From: a virus
Lineage: Duplodnaviria; Caudoviricetes
Strand: one strand, 5' to 3'
DNA length: 38,927 nucleotides
Virus record (IMG/VR): IMGVR_UViG_3300033416_000018
Coordinates: 1 to 38,927 of that record
Below, piece by piece: positions 15,705 through 24,622 of this stretch. The notes beneath the pieces were generated by a model. The model was given only the letters and a program-made list of their open reading frames with translations. It was not told where the DNA came from and searched no databases. The position numbers were made by a program, and so were the translations under genes. How positions within the stretch are numbered: the stretch's first letter is position 1; each line of letters begins with the position of its first letter.

Positions 15705-15875
15705 ATGGACGATGCCTTTCGTGAATTGTGCCGCCGGCTCGGGTGGGGCGTGGAGCCTCGTGGGACGTGGCCGCCGACGGGGACGCGGTACGTCTGGACG
15801 GCATCAGATGATGCCATGTTCGCCTGGGAGTACGACGTCTGGCTGGCGAGTGGCGGGCCGGAGCGGTCGGCGTGA
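15705..15875 (+). CDS. 56-aa Trp-rich hypothetical protein
   Basis: MDDAFRELCRRLGWGVEP...; fills the gap and overlaps the terminase ATPase start (GTGA). Confidence 0.5.
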   Translation: MDDAFRELCRRLGWGVEPRGTWPPTGTRYVWTASDDAMFAWEYDVWLASGGPERSA

Positions 15876-16636
15876 GCGACGTCTTCATCGCGTCGGACGA
15901 GGCCATCCTCGCGGAGTTGAAAGAACGGGAGTCGTGTCCGTGGTACACGTATTACCCGGATGAGGGACCGCTGCGGCGGGAGTTGTACCCGAAGCATCTG
16001 GCGTTCTTTGCCGCGGGGGCGGAGTGGCGGCAGCGGCTATTCTTGGCCGGGAACCGCGTCGGGAAGTCCAAGGTCGCGGCGTATGAACTCGTCTGCCACA
16101 TGACGGGGAAGTATCCGGCCTGGTGGAAGGGGCGCCGCTTCCCAGAGCCGATCGAGGCGTGGGCGGCGGGCGACACCGGGAACACGACGCGGGACATCAT
16201 TCAGACGGCGTTGCTGGGGCCGGTGCAGACGGTCGACTCACGGAACTGGTGCGGGATGGTGCCCCGGAAACTCGTCTACGACATCACGCGGAAGCAGGGG
16301 ATCCCGTCGGCGGTGCATTCGATCTTCGTGCGGCACGTCTCGGGAGGCGTGTCATCCCTGGATCTGAAGTCCTATGACCAGAAGCGGGAAGCGTTCCAAG
16401 GGACGGAAAAGCAAGTCGTCTGGGCCGACGAGGAGCCGCCGGCCGACATCTACGGTGAGATGCTGATGCGGACGATGACCTCGGATGGGCTCCTGATGGT
16501 GACAATGACGCCGTTGATGGGGCTTACGCCGTTCCTGGCCGAGTGGCTGGAGCGGAGCGTGCTGGAGGTGCTCGGGCCGGATGGGACGAGCGAACTCACG
16601 GGGGCCAAATCGGCCGTGTTCGGCCAGCGGGTCTAG
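15872..16636 (+). CDS. terL: Terminase large subunit, N-terminal ATPase part
   Basis: Walker A AGNRVGKS, H.TG.YP.WW.G.RF, KSYDQ.R..FQG, Walker B VVWADEEPP, coupling motif TMTPLMG as in the P22 gp2 N-terminal half. Confidence 0.92.
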   Translation: MSDVFIASDEAILAELKERESCPWYTYYPDEGPLRRELYPKHLAFFAAGAEWRQRLFLAGNRVGKSKVAAYELVCHMTGKYPAWWKGRRFPEPIEAWAAGDTGNTTRDIIQTALLGPVQTVDSRNWCGMVPRKLVYDITRKQGIPSAVHSIFVRHVSGGVSSLDLKSYDQKREAFQGTEKQVVWADEEPPADIYGEMLMRTMTSDGLLMVTMTPLMGLTPFLAEWLERSVLEVLGPDGTSELTGAKSAVFGQRV

Positions 16637-16638
16637 CG

Positions 16639-16833
16639 ATGCTCATTGCCCTGATGGACGAGGCGCGGCGCGTCCGACTCTGTGAGGTGGAGGACGACAT
16701 CGAGGCCCGGTTCATCCTGGTCCGTGAGGGCTTCGAGTACTTCTTCGAGCGTCGTGAGGACCAACCGGACGGGATGCGGACGTACTACCTCGTGGATGCG
16801 GAGAAGGTCGATGGGCTGGGCAGCACGTTGTAG
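16639..16833 (+). CDS. Hypothetical protein
   Basis: ATG 2 nt after terL stop; typical codon usage. Confidence 0.55.
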   Translation: MLIALMDEARRVRLCEVEDDIEARFILVREGFEYFFERREDQPDGMRTYYLVDAEKVDGLGSTL

Positions 16834-17002
16834 AGTCGGGCTGTGGGAGCGGACACAGCAGGAGTACCGCCGCCGTCGACTCGCCCACAACCTCTTGCCG
16901 AGGCTCATCCTCTGGCAGTTCATGCACTTGATCGTGGCGATCGTGACATTACCGTGGCGACTCATCACTGGAGGACGGAGGAGACATGCCCAAGAAATAT
17001 GA
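16811..17002 (+). CDS. Small membrane-associated hypothetical protein
   Basis: Hydrophobic LILWQFMHLIVAIVTLPW; fills the operon gap. Confidence 0.4.
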   Translation: MGWAARCRVGLWERTQQEYRRRRLAHNLLPRLILWQFMHLIVAIVTLPWRLITGGRRRHAQEI

Positions 17003-17138
17003 GGCGATCCGAGACAAGCTGGCAAAGGGTGCGAAGGTCGACAGCCCCGCCTACAACCGGGCGCAGTCGCGGGCTGCGGCTATCTACAATGCCACGCGCA
17101 AGCCAGGGCAGAAGCCTGTGACGGGGAAGCACTCGTGA
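16986..17138 (+). CDS. 50-aa basic protein
   Basis: GGAGGAG RBS; MPKKYEAIRDKLAKG...AAAIYNATRK; GTGA overlap with next gene. Confidence 0.6.
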   Translation: MPKKYEAIRDKLAKGAKVDSPAYNRAQSRAAAIYNATRKPGQKPVTGKHS

Positions 17139-17383
17139 CGACCCCGCGCCGATCGCGGAACCAGATCATCGAAGCCGTCAAGCAGGCCCGGGCCGACGGC
17201 GTCCAGGATCCTCTCGTAAGCCTCATGGACGTCGTGACGCTGACCCAGTTCCACGAGCGGACGCTGCGCCGGTACGTCGAGGAGGCCACTTTGCCAGTGG
17301 AGCGTCTCGGACCGACGCGCCGGATCTACTTCCGCTGGTCCGTGGTCAGGAAGAACTGGCCCGAGGACACGCAACGTATCTGA
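17135..17383 (+). CDS. Excisionase/MerR-like winged HTH DNA-binding protein
   Basis: LVSLMDVVTLTQFHERTLRRYVEEATLPVERLG..RRI pattern of HTH_17 family. Confidence 0.7.
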   Translation: MTTPRRSRNQIIEAVKQARADGVQDPLVSLMDVVTLTQFHERTLRRYVEEATLPVERLGPTRRIYFRWSVVRKNWPEDTQRI

Positions 17384-17514
17384 CAGCCCCTGCTAAACCA
17401 TGACATGCTGTGGCTCAATAGCCACAAACTGTTGCGGGTTAGCCACACCGAAGCGCATTGTACCGCCGAACGTGGTGTCATCACGGCGCACTCGCCGTGT
17501 GTCACGGAGGCGGT

Positions 17515-17622
17515 ATGAAGAAGCTCGGGGACACGGGGAAGACACGCGAACCGAAACCGTCTGGGCTCGCCGGCGCCAAGTCCGTCTCGGCGACCAAGCC
17601 CGAGGGCGGCAAGAAGAAGTAG
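17515..17622 (+). CDS. 35-aa Lys-rich peptide upstream of portal
   Basis: GGAGG RBS; MKKLGDTGKTREPKPSGLAGAKSVSATKPEGGKKK. Confidence 0.5.
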   Translation: MKKLGDTGKTREPKPSGLAGAKSVSATKPEGGKKK

Positions 17623-17628
17623 GCCGGG

Positions 17629-20160
17629 ATGGCAACCCGGCCACCGTCGCACCCCGCCCTCGACGGGGAGCCGCCGATCTCCCAACCTGGTGCCTCTAGT
17701 GCCAGCGTAGAAGGCCGAGCCGGCTTCAAGACCGAGTCTCCGACCCCACCCAGTCCCAACCCCAACAGCGACGGCGACACTCGCGTCTCACAGAAAGCGG
17801 CCGATTTCGTCGCGTTAGCGATGAAACGGTGGCAGACGATCGATGCCGCCGAGTCTGAACTTCGTGGGGACCAGCGGGAAGACCTGGAGTTCTTCGCCTC
17901 GGACCAGTGGCCGAAGGACATCAAGGACCAACGGGACCGTGACGGGCGTCCCTGCCTCACCGTGAACCGTCTTCCCGGGTTCGTCAGGCAGTTGACGAAT
18001 GAGATGCGGGACGCGAGACCAGGGATCGAGGTCATTCCGGTCGATAACTTCTCGGATCCGGCCAAGGCAGAGGTCAGACAGGGCCTGATTCAGCACATTG
18101 AGGCCAATTCTGACGCGGATGTGGCCTACACCCGGGCGACAGAGGCCCAAGTACGGACCGGCCGAGGGTTCTTCCGCATCGTTCCCGAGTACGCCAGTGA
18201 CACCGGATTCGAGCAGGAACTGCGGATCAAGTCGATTCGGAACCCCAACACCGTCTATTTCGACCACGCGAGTCAAGAACTTGACGGTTCGGACGCTCGG
18301 TACGCCTTCATCGTCGACGATCTGCCGATTCCCGAGTATGACGAGCGGTTTGGGGAGGCGTCGCGGCTCAGTCTGACCCAATTTGCCCGAAGTGGTGAGA
18401 CCACTTCCGACTGGATGCCGGAAGGCAAGGTCCGGGTCGCCGAATACTACTGTTTCGTGCCCAAAACGCGCACGATCCATCAGTTACGGAACGGCTGGGT
18501 CGTCAACGACGCCGATCTGAAGAAGATGACGGCAGAATACGAGGAAGAACGCCAGATCAACCCCGAAGTGCCGCAGTTGGACCTGATACCCGTGCGTTCC
18601 CGTGAGGTGGAAGGCCGGCAGTTGACGTGGGCACTCATCAACGGGGCCACGATCCTCGACGGAAACGACGAAAAGACGGCTGGGCGCGAACTTCCGGGGC
18701 TCTGGATCCCGATCATCCCCGTCTATGGCGAGGAGATCGACCTGGATGGCAAGGTCGACTACCGCGGACTAGTCCGAGACGCCAAAGACGCGCAGCGGAT
18801 GACCAATTTCTGGCGATCCGCCGAGACGGAGACCGTCGCGCTGGCCCCGAAAGCACCCCATGTGGCCGAAGTGGGCCAGATCGAGGGCTTCGAGGAAGAC
18901 TGGCGCACAGCCAACATCCGCAACCACTCCGTTCTGAAGTACCGTGCCAAGGCGCTTGACGGGCATTTGCTTCCTCCGCCTCAGCGGAATACGGCCGAAC
19001 CGCCGATCCAGGCGATGTCCATGCTGGCGCTCCAGATGGAGAACGATCTACGGGCGACCGTGGGCTTCTCTTACGACGTTGGGAGCCAAGAGAAGCGCGT
19101 GGAACAGTCTGGACGGGCGATTCTGGCTCGCCAGGCGCAGGGGGAGAAGGGGAACTCGCACTTCTCGGCGCATCTCGCCATTTCGTTGCGTCATGCCGGC
19201 CGGATTCTGCTCGATCTGCTCCCGTATTACTACGACACGCCGCGGGTGAAGCGGATCCTCGGTCGCGATGGGCAGTCGAAGCAAGTCATCGTCCATGCTG
19301 GGAACCCGCAAGAGGCGATGACCGTCGCGACTCAGCAGGCAATGGGCGAGGCGAGCATCCACGACCTCTCCGCCGGCCGGTATGACGTGCGCGTGAAGGC
19401 GGGCGTCAGTTACGCCTCGCAGCGTCAGCAGGACCAGGAACTCGTCGCGAACGCCCTCCAGACGAACCCGGCCCTGTTCCAGATCATCGGCGATCTGTTC
19501 TTCAAGACGTTGGACTCGCCGATCGCGGAACGCATCAGCCAGCGACTTGCTAAGGCGCTTCCGCCCGAACTGAAGGACCCCGAGGAAGGACAACCACCGC
19601 CGATTCCGCCACAGGTCCAGATGCAGATTCAGCAGATGGACAAGCTCATCCAGGCCCTGACACAGCGCCTGAATGAGATGACCGAAGAACAGAAAGCCAA
19701 GCGCGAAGAACTTGCCTCGAAGGAACGCATTGCCGAGATCGAGGCGAAGACGCAAATGGCGATCGAACAAGCCAAGATTGCTGCCGATCAGGCCACTCTC
19801 CAGATCCAGCTTGAGTCCCAGGCTCGACAGGCTGACCGCAAGATCGCTGCCGATAGCGCGAATACAGAGCGCAAGGTGGCGAGCGCGGAGGCCCAAGCCG
19901 ATGCCGATCGTGGCGCGGAGCAGGCGATTGCCTTGCTCAACGCCCGCATCAAGCAGATCGAGCAGATGGTGGCGATCGACATGGCGCGGTTGCAGGCCGC
20001 ACAACAGACTCCGACGGCTTCCGCCGGGAGCCCGGCTTCACCGACGCCGCCTGTGGCCGCGCCTCGTTCCCCTGATGTGACGCTTCCGCCGATGCCGGCG
20101 CCCTCTGCCACATCCCCGACTCCGACCCTCACACCGGCTGAGAACCCCGCCGGGACATAG
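17629..20160 (+). CDS. P22-like portal protein
   Basis: D..F...DQW......R....RPCLT.N.L, G.GF.RI, IP.YG......GK....GLVR.AKD.Q...N, SG.AI.ARQ.QG, G.YDV.V..G.SY.SQRQ, long C-terminal coiled-coil barrel. Confidence 0.93.
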   Translation: MATRPPSHPALDGEPPISQPGASSASVEGRAGFKTESPTPPSPNPNSDGDTRVSQKAADFVALAMKRWQTIDAAESELRGDQREDLEFFASDQWPKDIKDQRDRDGRPCLTVNRLPGFVRQLTNEMRDARPGIEVIPVDNFSDPAKAEVRQGLIQHIEANSDADVAYTRATEAQVRTGRGFFRIVPEYASDTGFEQELRIKSIRNPNTVYFDHASQELDGSDARYAFIVDDLPIPEYDERFGEASRLSLTQFARSGETTSDWMPEGKVRVAEYYCFVPKTRTIHQLRNGWVVNDADLKKMTAEYEEERQINPEVPQLDLIPVRSREVEGRQLTWALINGATILDGNDEKTAGRELPGLWIPIIPVYGEEIDLDGKVDYRGLVRDAKDAQRMTNFWRSAETETVALAPKAPHVAEVGQIEGFEEDWRTANIRNHSVLKYRAKALDGHLLPPPQRNTAEPPIQAMSMLALQMENDLRATVGFSYDVGSQEKRVEQSGRAILARQAQGEKGNSHFSAHLAISLRHAGRILLDLLPYYYDTPRVKRILGRDGQSKQVIVHAGNPQEAMTVATQQAMGEASIHDLSAGRYDVRVKAGVSYASQRQQDQELVANALQTNPALFQIIGDLFFKTLDSPIAERISQRLAKALPPELKDPEEGQPPPIPPQVQMQIQQMDKLIQALTQRLNEMTEEQKAKREELASKERIAEIEAKTQMAIEQAKIAADQATLQIQLESQARQADRKIAADSANTERKVASAEAQADADRGAEQAIALLNARIKQIEQMVAIDMARLQAAQQTPTASAGSPASPTPPVAAPRSPDVTLPPMPAPSATSPTPTLTPAENPAGT

Positions 20161-20190
20161 CGCGGAGGCGACCCGCGCAGGAGTAGATCG

Positions 20191-21210
20191 ATGGCAATTA
20201 CGTTGATGACCACGACTGGCTCGCTTCCCGACGTGCAGGCTGCGCTCGGCATTGCCGCAGGCTCAGCCCCCGCACCGGATGTCGATCCAGGACCGATCGC
20301 GGCGTCTGTGGAGGCGCTTCCGAAAGCCGAACCGGCTACGGAGCCTTCCGAGACACCCGAAGCGCCCCCTGTGGAGACGGCGCCACAGGATGCGACCCCG
20401 CAGGCCGCCGAACCCGAGGTGCCAGACTCGGAGTTTGACGAGGACGGCGAACCGCTGACTGAGCGGGCCGCCCGATCTTCGAGGACGAAGCTCCAGACCA
20501 TCAAGAAGCTCCGCGCGCGTGCCAGACATGCTGAAACAGAACTGGCGCGACGCGAGGGCGAATTGGCGGCCTTGCGAGCGTTACAGACTCCGTCGACGAC
20601 CGCCGCGGAACCCGTGCAGACCGGAATGGACTCGTCCGAACCCAAGGAAGCCGACTACGCCACGTATGAGGCGTGGATCGAAGCCCGTGCCGACTACCGC
20701 GCCCGTCAAGCCGTCCGCGAGGAACTCCAGCAGCGGCAGACACAGGATGCGGAAACGCGGCAGCGGGAGAGCCTGGCCGAACGGATCCGTGCCTTCGAGA
20801 AGGATCACCCGGACTATCAGGAACTCGTGTCGAACCCCGAGTTGCAGTTGACGCGCGCCATCGCCGAGACACTGACCGTGAGCGAAGACGGTCCTGCTCT
20901 CGCGTACGCTCTCGCCAAGGACGTGCCTCGCTTCAAGCGGATCGCGTCGTTGCCGCCCGTGCTCGCCATTCGCGCACTCGGGGAACTCAGTGCTGAACTG
21001 CGGTTAGGGGCTCAGCCCAAGGTGGCTGAAGCCGCGCCGCCTCCGAAAGTACCCGCCGCGCCTCCCCCGCCGACACCCGTGCGAGGGGGCTCGGTTGCCG
21101 CCTCCGTCTCACTGGAAGACTTTGCGAAGACCATTCAGCCTGGAGATCCCAAGACCTCCGAGTGGATCCGTCGTCGCAACGAACAGTTGAGGCGCGCAGG
21201 CCAGAGATAA
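20191..21210 (+). CDS. Capsid scaffolding protein
   Basis: Between portal and coat; acidic N-terminus, P...DY..YE.W..A.ADY, PDY.E, GP.L.Y.L, PPP..PV. Confidence 0.8.
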   Translation: MAITLMTTTGSLPDVQAALGIAAGSAPAPDVDPGPIAASVEALPKAEPATEPSETPEAPPVETAPQDATPQAAEPEVPDSEFDEDGEPLTERAARSSRTKLQTIKKLRARARHAETELARREGELAALRALQTPSTTAAEPVQTGMDSSEPKEADYATYEAWIEARADYRARQAVREELQQRQTQDAETRQRESLAERIRAFEKDHPDYQELVSNPELQLTRAIAETLTVSEDGPALAYALAKDVPRFKRIASLPPVLAIRALGELSAELRLGAQPKVAEAAPPPKVPAAPPPPTPVRGGSVAASVSLEDFAKTIQPGDPKTSEWIRRRNEQLRRAGQR

Positions 21211-21216
21211 CAGACC

Positions 21217-22455
21217 ATGAACTCGCTGCTCACCATTGAGATGATCACCCTCGAAGCCTTGAGGGTGCTCACCAACATGCTGACGTTCACGGGCCTCGTG
21301 AACCGCCAGTTCGACTCGATGTTCGGGAAGTCCGGCGCGAAGGTTGGGGATGTCGTGTACGCCCGCAAGCCGCCGCGCTACATCGTCCGCGTGGGTTCTG
21401 GCATTCAGCCCCAGGCGACGGTCGAGACCCGCACGCCGGTCAAGCTCGATAAGCTCGTCGGCATCGATCTGCCGTTCAGTTCCGTGGAGCGCACGCTGTC
21501 GCTGGACAATTACTCCGACCGTGTGCTGAAGCCGGCGCTGGCGGCCATCGGCAACCAGATCGACTATGACGGGCTCCAGTTGTACAAGGAGGTCTACAAC
21601 CTCGTTGGCACGCCTGGCACGGTGCCGGCCACGACGGACGCGAATACCACGTATCTTGGCGCTGGCGTCAAACTCGATGACATGGGCGCCCCGCAGGATG
21701 ATCAGCGGTATCTCGTCGTCACGCCGAACATGCAGGCATCGGCTGTCGCCGCGAACTTCTCGCTATTCAACCCGTCAGCGACCATCAGCGAAGGCTTCCG
21801 CAAGGGCCGGTTCGGTCGGTCAGTCCTCGGGTTTGACTGGTTCATGGACCAGAACTGCCCGACCCACACGGAAGGGACGAGAACGGGCACGAATGGCACG
21901 ACCTGGACTGTCAGTGGCGCCAGTCAGACCGGAAGCTCCCTGCTCATCACGGGTCTGACGTCAGGGAATACTGTCAAGAAGGGCGACGTCTTCACGATCG
22001 GAACGATTGCCGATGCGACGGGCGTTCAGAGCGTGAACCCGCAGTCAAGGCAGGCCACTGGCACGTTGCAGCAGTTTGTCGTGACGGCGGACTTCACTTC
22101 GGACGGTGGCACGGACACAATCTCGATCGACCCGCCCATCACGCCGTCGGGACAGTTCCAGACGGTGGATCGCTCGCCGGCCAGTGGTGCGGTGCTCACG
22201 TTCTCCTCGTCCTCGGCTCGGGTGTATCGTTCCGGGCTGGCGTTCCATCGTGACGCCTTCACGCTGGTCACGGCGCCGCTGGAACTCCCGAAGGGCGTTC
22301 ACGAGTCGTACTACGCTGGGGACGACCAGACGGGCGTCGGCGTGCGCGTCGTGACGGCCTACGACATCCGCACGAACGAGATGATCACCCGCTTCGACGT
22401 GCTCTACGGTTGGGCCGCGCTTCGGCCCGAGTTGGCGTGCCGCATCGCCTCGTAA
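21217..22455 (+). CDS. Major capsid protein (P22 coat protein family)
   Basis: NSLLT..MIT.EAL.VL.N, GAK.GD....RKP, L.LD.YS.R.LKPA...IGN..D, LAFHRDAFTL....L.LP, RFDVLYG....RPELACRI. Confidence 0.93.
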   Translation: MNSLLTIEMITLEALRVLTNMLTFTGLVNRQFDSMFGKSGAKVGDVVYARKPPRYIVRVGSGIQPQATVETRTPVKLDKLVGIDLPFSSVERTLSLDNYSDRVLKPALAAIGNQIDYDGLQLYKEVYNLVGTPGTVPATTDANTTYLGAGVKLDDMGAPQDDQRYLVVTPNMQASAVAANFSLFNPSATISEGFRKGRFGRSVLGFDWFMDQNCPTHTEGTRTGTNGTTWTVSGASQTGSSLLITGLTSGNTVKKGDVFTIGTIADATGVQSVNPQSRQATGTLQQFVVTADFTSDGGTDTISIDPPITPSGQFQTVDRSPASGAVLTFSSSSARVYRSGLAFHRDAFTLVTAPLELPKGVHESYYAGDDQTGVGVRVVTAYDIRTNEMITRFDVLYGWAALRPELACRIAS

Positions 22456-22541
22456 GAATGCGGCCTTCACAACTGCGGCGGGCGTCGGGCAGTTCCGTTC
22501 GGCGCTCGCCAAGGTCTATGGAAGACAAGGACTGAACGAAC

Positions 22542-23144
22542 ATGGCACTCGCATCGACGACTCTCGCTGGCGCCTGTGACGCCACCACCAACACGATCAA
22601 TGTCACCTCGGCCACGGGCTTCGTGGCCGGATCGTACTGCCAGGTCGACTCGGAGATGATGAAGATCCAGGTCGTCAACGGCACGTCGATCTCGGTGTTC
22701 CGGGGTGTCCGCGGTACACAGGCCGTTGCTCACACGGTCTACGCGCTGGTCACGGTCGGCACGGCGGCGGAGTTCGCGGCAGTGACGGTCTCCGAAGGAC
22801 CGCTCGCAACGGAGCCGCGGATCTACACCTATGCCGTCGCGGGCGCGTTGACCATCGCCCCGGGCATCCACCGGATCGGCTGCGGCGCCGCCGAGATCAA
22901 GGCGATGACGCTCGCCGGCCCGAGCTACGCCCAGGACGGCCTGGAGATGACGATCGTGAGCATGTCGGCGTATGCCCACACTGTCACCTACACGGCGGGC
23001 TTCTACGGCGACACGACTTCCTCGGACGTCGCCACGTCGGCTGCGAAGGTCGGCGCGTCCATGACCATCGTCGCGCACGGAGGAGTGTGGACGGTCAAGG
23101 CGACCTCGGCGGTTGGCACCACGGCGAACTTCACGATCGCCTAG
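22542..23144 (+). CDS. Putative capsid decoration/minor virion protein
   Basis: Directly after coat; beta-rich Thr/Ala/Gly composition; DSE.M.I......V.RG..GT.A..H motif. Confidence 0.6.
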   Translation: MALASTTLAGACDATTNTINVTSATGFVAGSYCQVDSEMMKIQVVNGTSISVFRGVRGTQAVAHTVYALVTVGTAAEFAAVTVSEGPLATEPRIYTYAVAGALTIAPGIHRIGCGAAEIKAMTLAGPSYAQDGLEMTIVSMSAYAHTVTYTAGFYGDTTSSDVATSAAKVGASMTIVAHGGVWTVKATSAVGTTANFTIA

Positions 23145-23152
23145 AGCGTGAT

Positions 23153-23187
23153 GGGGGGCTGATGGCTCGCGTGGCCGTCAGTCCCCT
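23153..23187 (+). terminator. Hairpin after decoration gene
   Basis: gggggctgatggc-tcgcgtg-gccgtcagtcccc then tta. Confidence 0.4.
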
Positions 23188-23210
23188 TATCCAGACAAGG
23201 AGATCACGCT

Positions 23211-23696
23211 ATGCCTAATAGCCCAGTCGGCGGGGGCAAGAAGACCGCGTCCCAGGCCGATCTCAACCTGTTGGCTGGTGCGGCAGACAACATCACCACC
23301 GGGTACAGCAAAGCCACTGGCACGATGCGGTTGATCCCCGTGCAGATGCCAGAAGGGATCACGCTCTATGTGCTGGCGGCCGAGACGTGGTCGGCCGTGG
23401 CCTCGACGTCGATCTCCCCGAGCGCGAGCACGAGCGGATCCGAGTCGGTTTCGTCCTCGGTCTCGGAAAGTCGGTCGGGTTCACGTTCGTCCAGCCGATC
23501 GACCTCTCTCTCGTCGTCGACATCGTCCAGTGTGTCGAGTAGCGCCTCAATTTCGCCATCAGTCAGCTCTAGTCGGTCGGGGTCAGCATCGACCTCTCCG
23601 TCGGTTAGCAGCAGTCGATCGCCATCGGCCAGCGTCTCGCCGAGCGTGTCCTCAAGTCGCAGCGAGTCCGCTTCACCGAGCCCGACTGGCGTCTAG
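23211..23696 (+). CDS. Small virion-region protein with about 100-aa serine-rich repeat tail
   Basis: AAGGAG RBS; C-terminal SAS(I/T/V)SPSVSSSRS repeats. Confidence 0.8.
   Translation: MPNSPVGGGKKTASQADLNLLAGAADNITTGYSKATGTMRLIPVQMPEGITLYVLAAETWSAVASTSISPSASTSGSESVSSSVSESRSGSRSSSRSTSLSSSTSSSVSSSASISPSVSSSRSGSASTSPSVSSSRSPSASVSPSVSSSRSESASPSPTGV
23541..23684 (+). repeat. Degenerate 42-bp (14-aa) tandem repeat, about 3.5 copies
   Basis: SASISPSVSSSRSG/SASTSPSVSSSRSP/SASVSPSVSSSRSE/SASPSP. Confidence 0.75.
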
Positions 23697-23711
23697 CGCC
23701 CTGGAGGCGAC

Positions 23712-23918
23712 GTGGCAGAACGGTACGTGTTTCAGCCCTTCCCGAAGTGCAAGTATCACGCGGACGGAAGGGTCGTTGTCGCGCAACATGCCGGCGAGGA
23801 ATTGGCGCTTGGACCCGGATGGGCCGATCGTCCGTTCCCGCCGGCTGAGCTACCGCCCCCACCTCCGCCTGACGTGCCTCGTCGTCGGGGGCGACCGCCG
23901 AAGGAGCGTCAGCCATGA
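23712..23918 (+). CDS. Small conserved head-region protein with AT-hook-like tail
   Basis: FPK..YH......V.....E.AL..GWAD.P...RRGRPPK; GGAGG RBS. Confidence 0.7.
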   Translation: MAERYVFQPFPKCKYHADGRVVVAQHAGEELALGPGWADRPFPPAELPPPPPPDVPRRRGRPPKERQP

Positions 23919-24622
23919 CAGCGCGGCAGATGATCGAGTACGCGCTTCAGGAGATCGGGGCGCTCGCCTCGGGTGAGACGCCCACGAATGCGGACGCGGC
24001 GGCGTCCCTGGTGCGCCTCAATAGCCTGCTCGATAGTTGGCAAGTCGAGCGTCTGGCGATCCATACGCTTGTCCGGTCGACCTTTGCGCTCACTGCGAGC
24101 CAAGCCAGCTACACGATCGGGCCAACGGGAGCGAACTGGACCTACGCCATCCGCCCGCAGTTCATTCAGCGGGCCGGGATGATGGACAGTGACAGCATTG
24201 AGTCCTTGATCGAAGTGCTCACGGAAGACCGTTGGGCGGCGCTCACGGACAAGACGCTGACCTCGACGGAAGCATCGGCGCTCTACTACAACCCGAGTTT
24301 TCCGTTGGGCACCGTCTACCTCTGGCCGGTACCGACGGATGCGACGGTCACGGCAGTCCTCTACCTGCCGACACCCTTGTCCGCAGGACTGACGCTAGCA
24401 TCAGAACTTACGATGCCTCCGTCCTATGAGGAAGCCATCCGGTACAACCTCGCCGTTCGTCTGGCCCCGATGTTCGGCCGTCCGGTCGACCAGACCCTGA
24501 ACACCCTCGCTGTTGAAACCAAAGCCCTGATGAAGCGGGCCAATGCGCGTCCGCAGGAGATGACCGTCGATCCCGCCATCATTGGTGGTGGAGCCTTTGA
24601 CATCTTCACCGGGGGCTTCTGA
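23915..24622 (+). CDS. Head-tail adaptor (P22 gp4-like DNA stabilisation protein)
   Basis: TA..MI..AL..IG.LA.GETP...DA...L..LN..LD.W, LWPVP, P..YE.A.RYNLA..LAP. Confidence 0.8.
   Translation: MTARQMIEYALQEIGALASGETPTNADAAASLVRLNSLLDSWQVERLAIHTLVRSTFALTASQASYTIGPTGANWTYAIRPQFIQRAGMMDSDSIESLIEVLTEDRWAALTDKTLTSTEASALYYNPSFPLGTVYLWPVPTDATVTAVLYLPTPLSAGLTLASELTMPPSYEEAIRYNLAVRLAPMFGRPVDQTLNTLAVETKALMKRANARPQEMTVDPAIIGGGAFDIFTGGF

Noticed and set aside
15599-15871. Intron or split intein joining the terminase halves
   Set aside because: Halves are in reversed order, no intein terminal residues, no intron-like core; the gap is filled by two coupled small ORFs
14669-15997. 442-aa minus-strand ORF, and similar long antisense ORFs at 19048, 27782 and 33819
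   Set aside because: Arg/Pro/His-rich shadow frames opposite well-supported genes, expected at high GC
17135-17383. Excisionase marking an integration module
   Set aside because: No integrase or att core adjacent; position before portal fits a transcriptional regulator better
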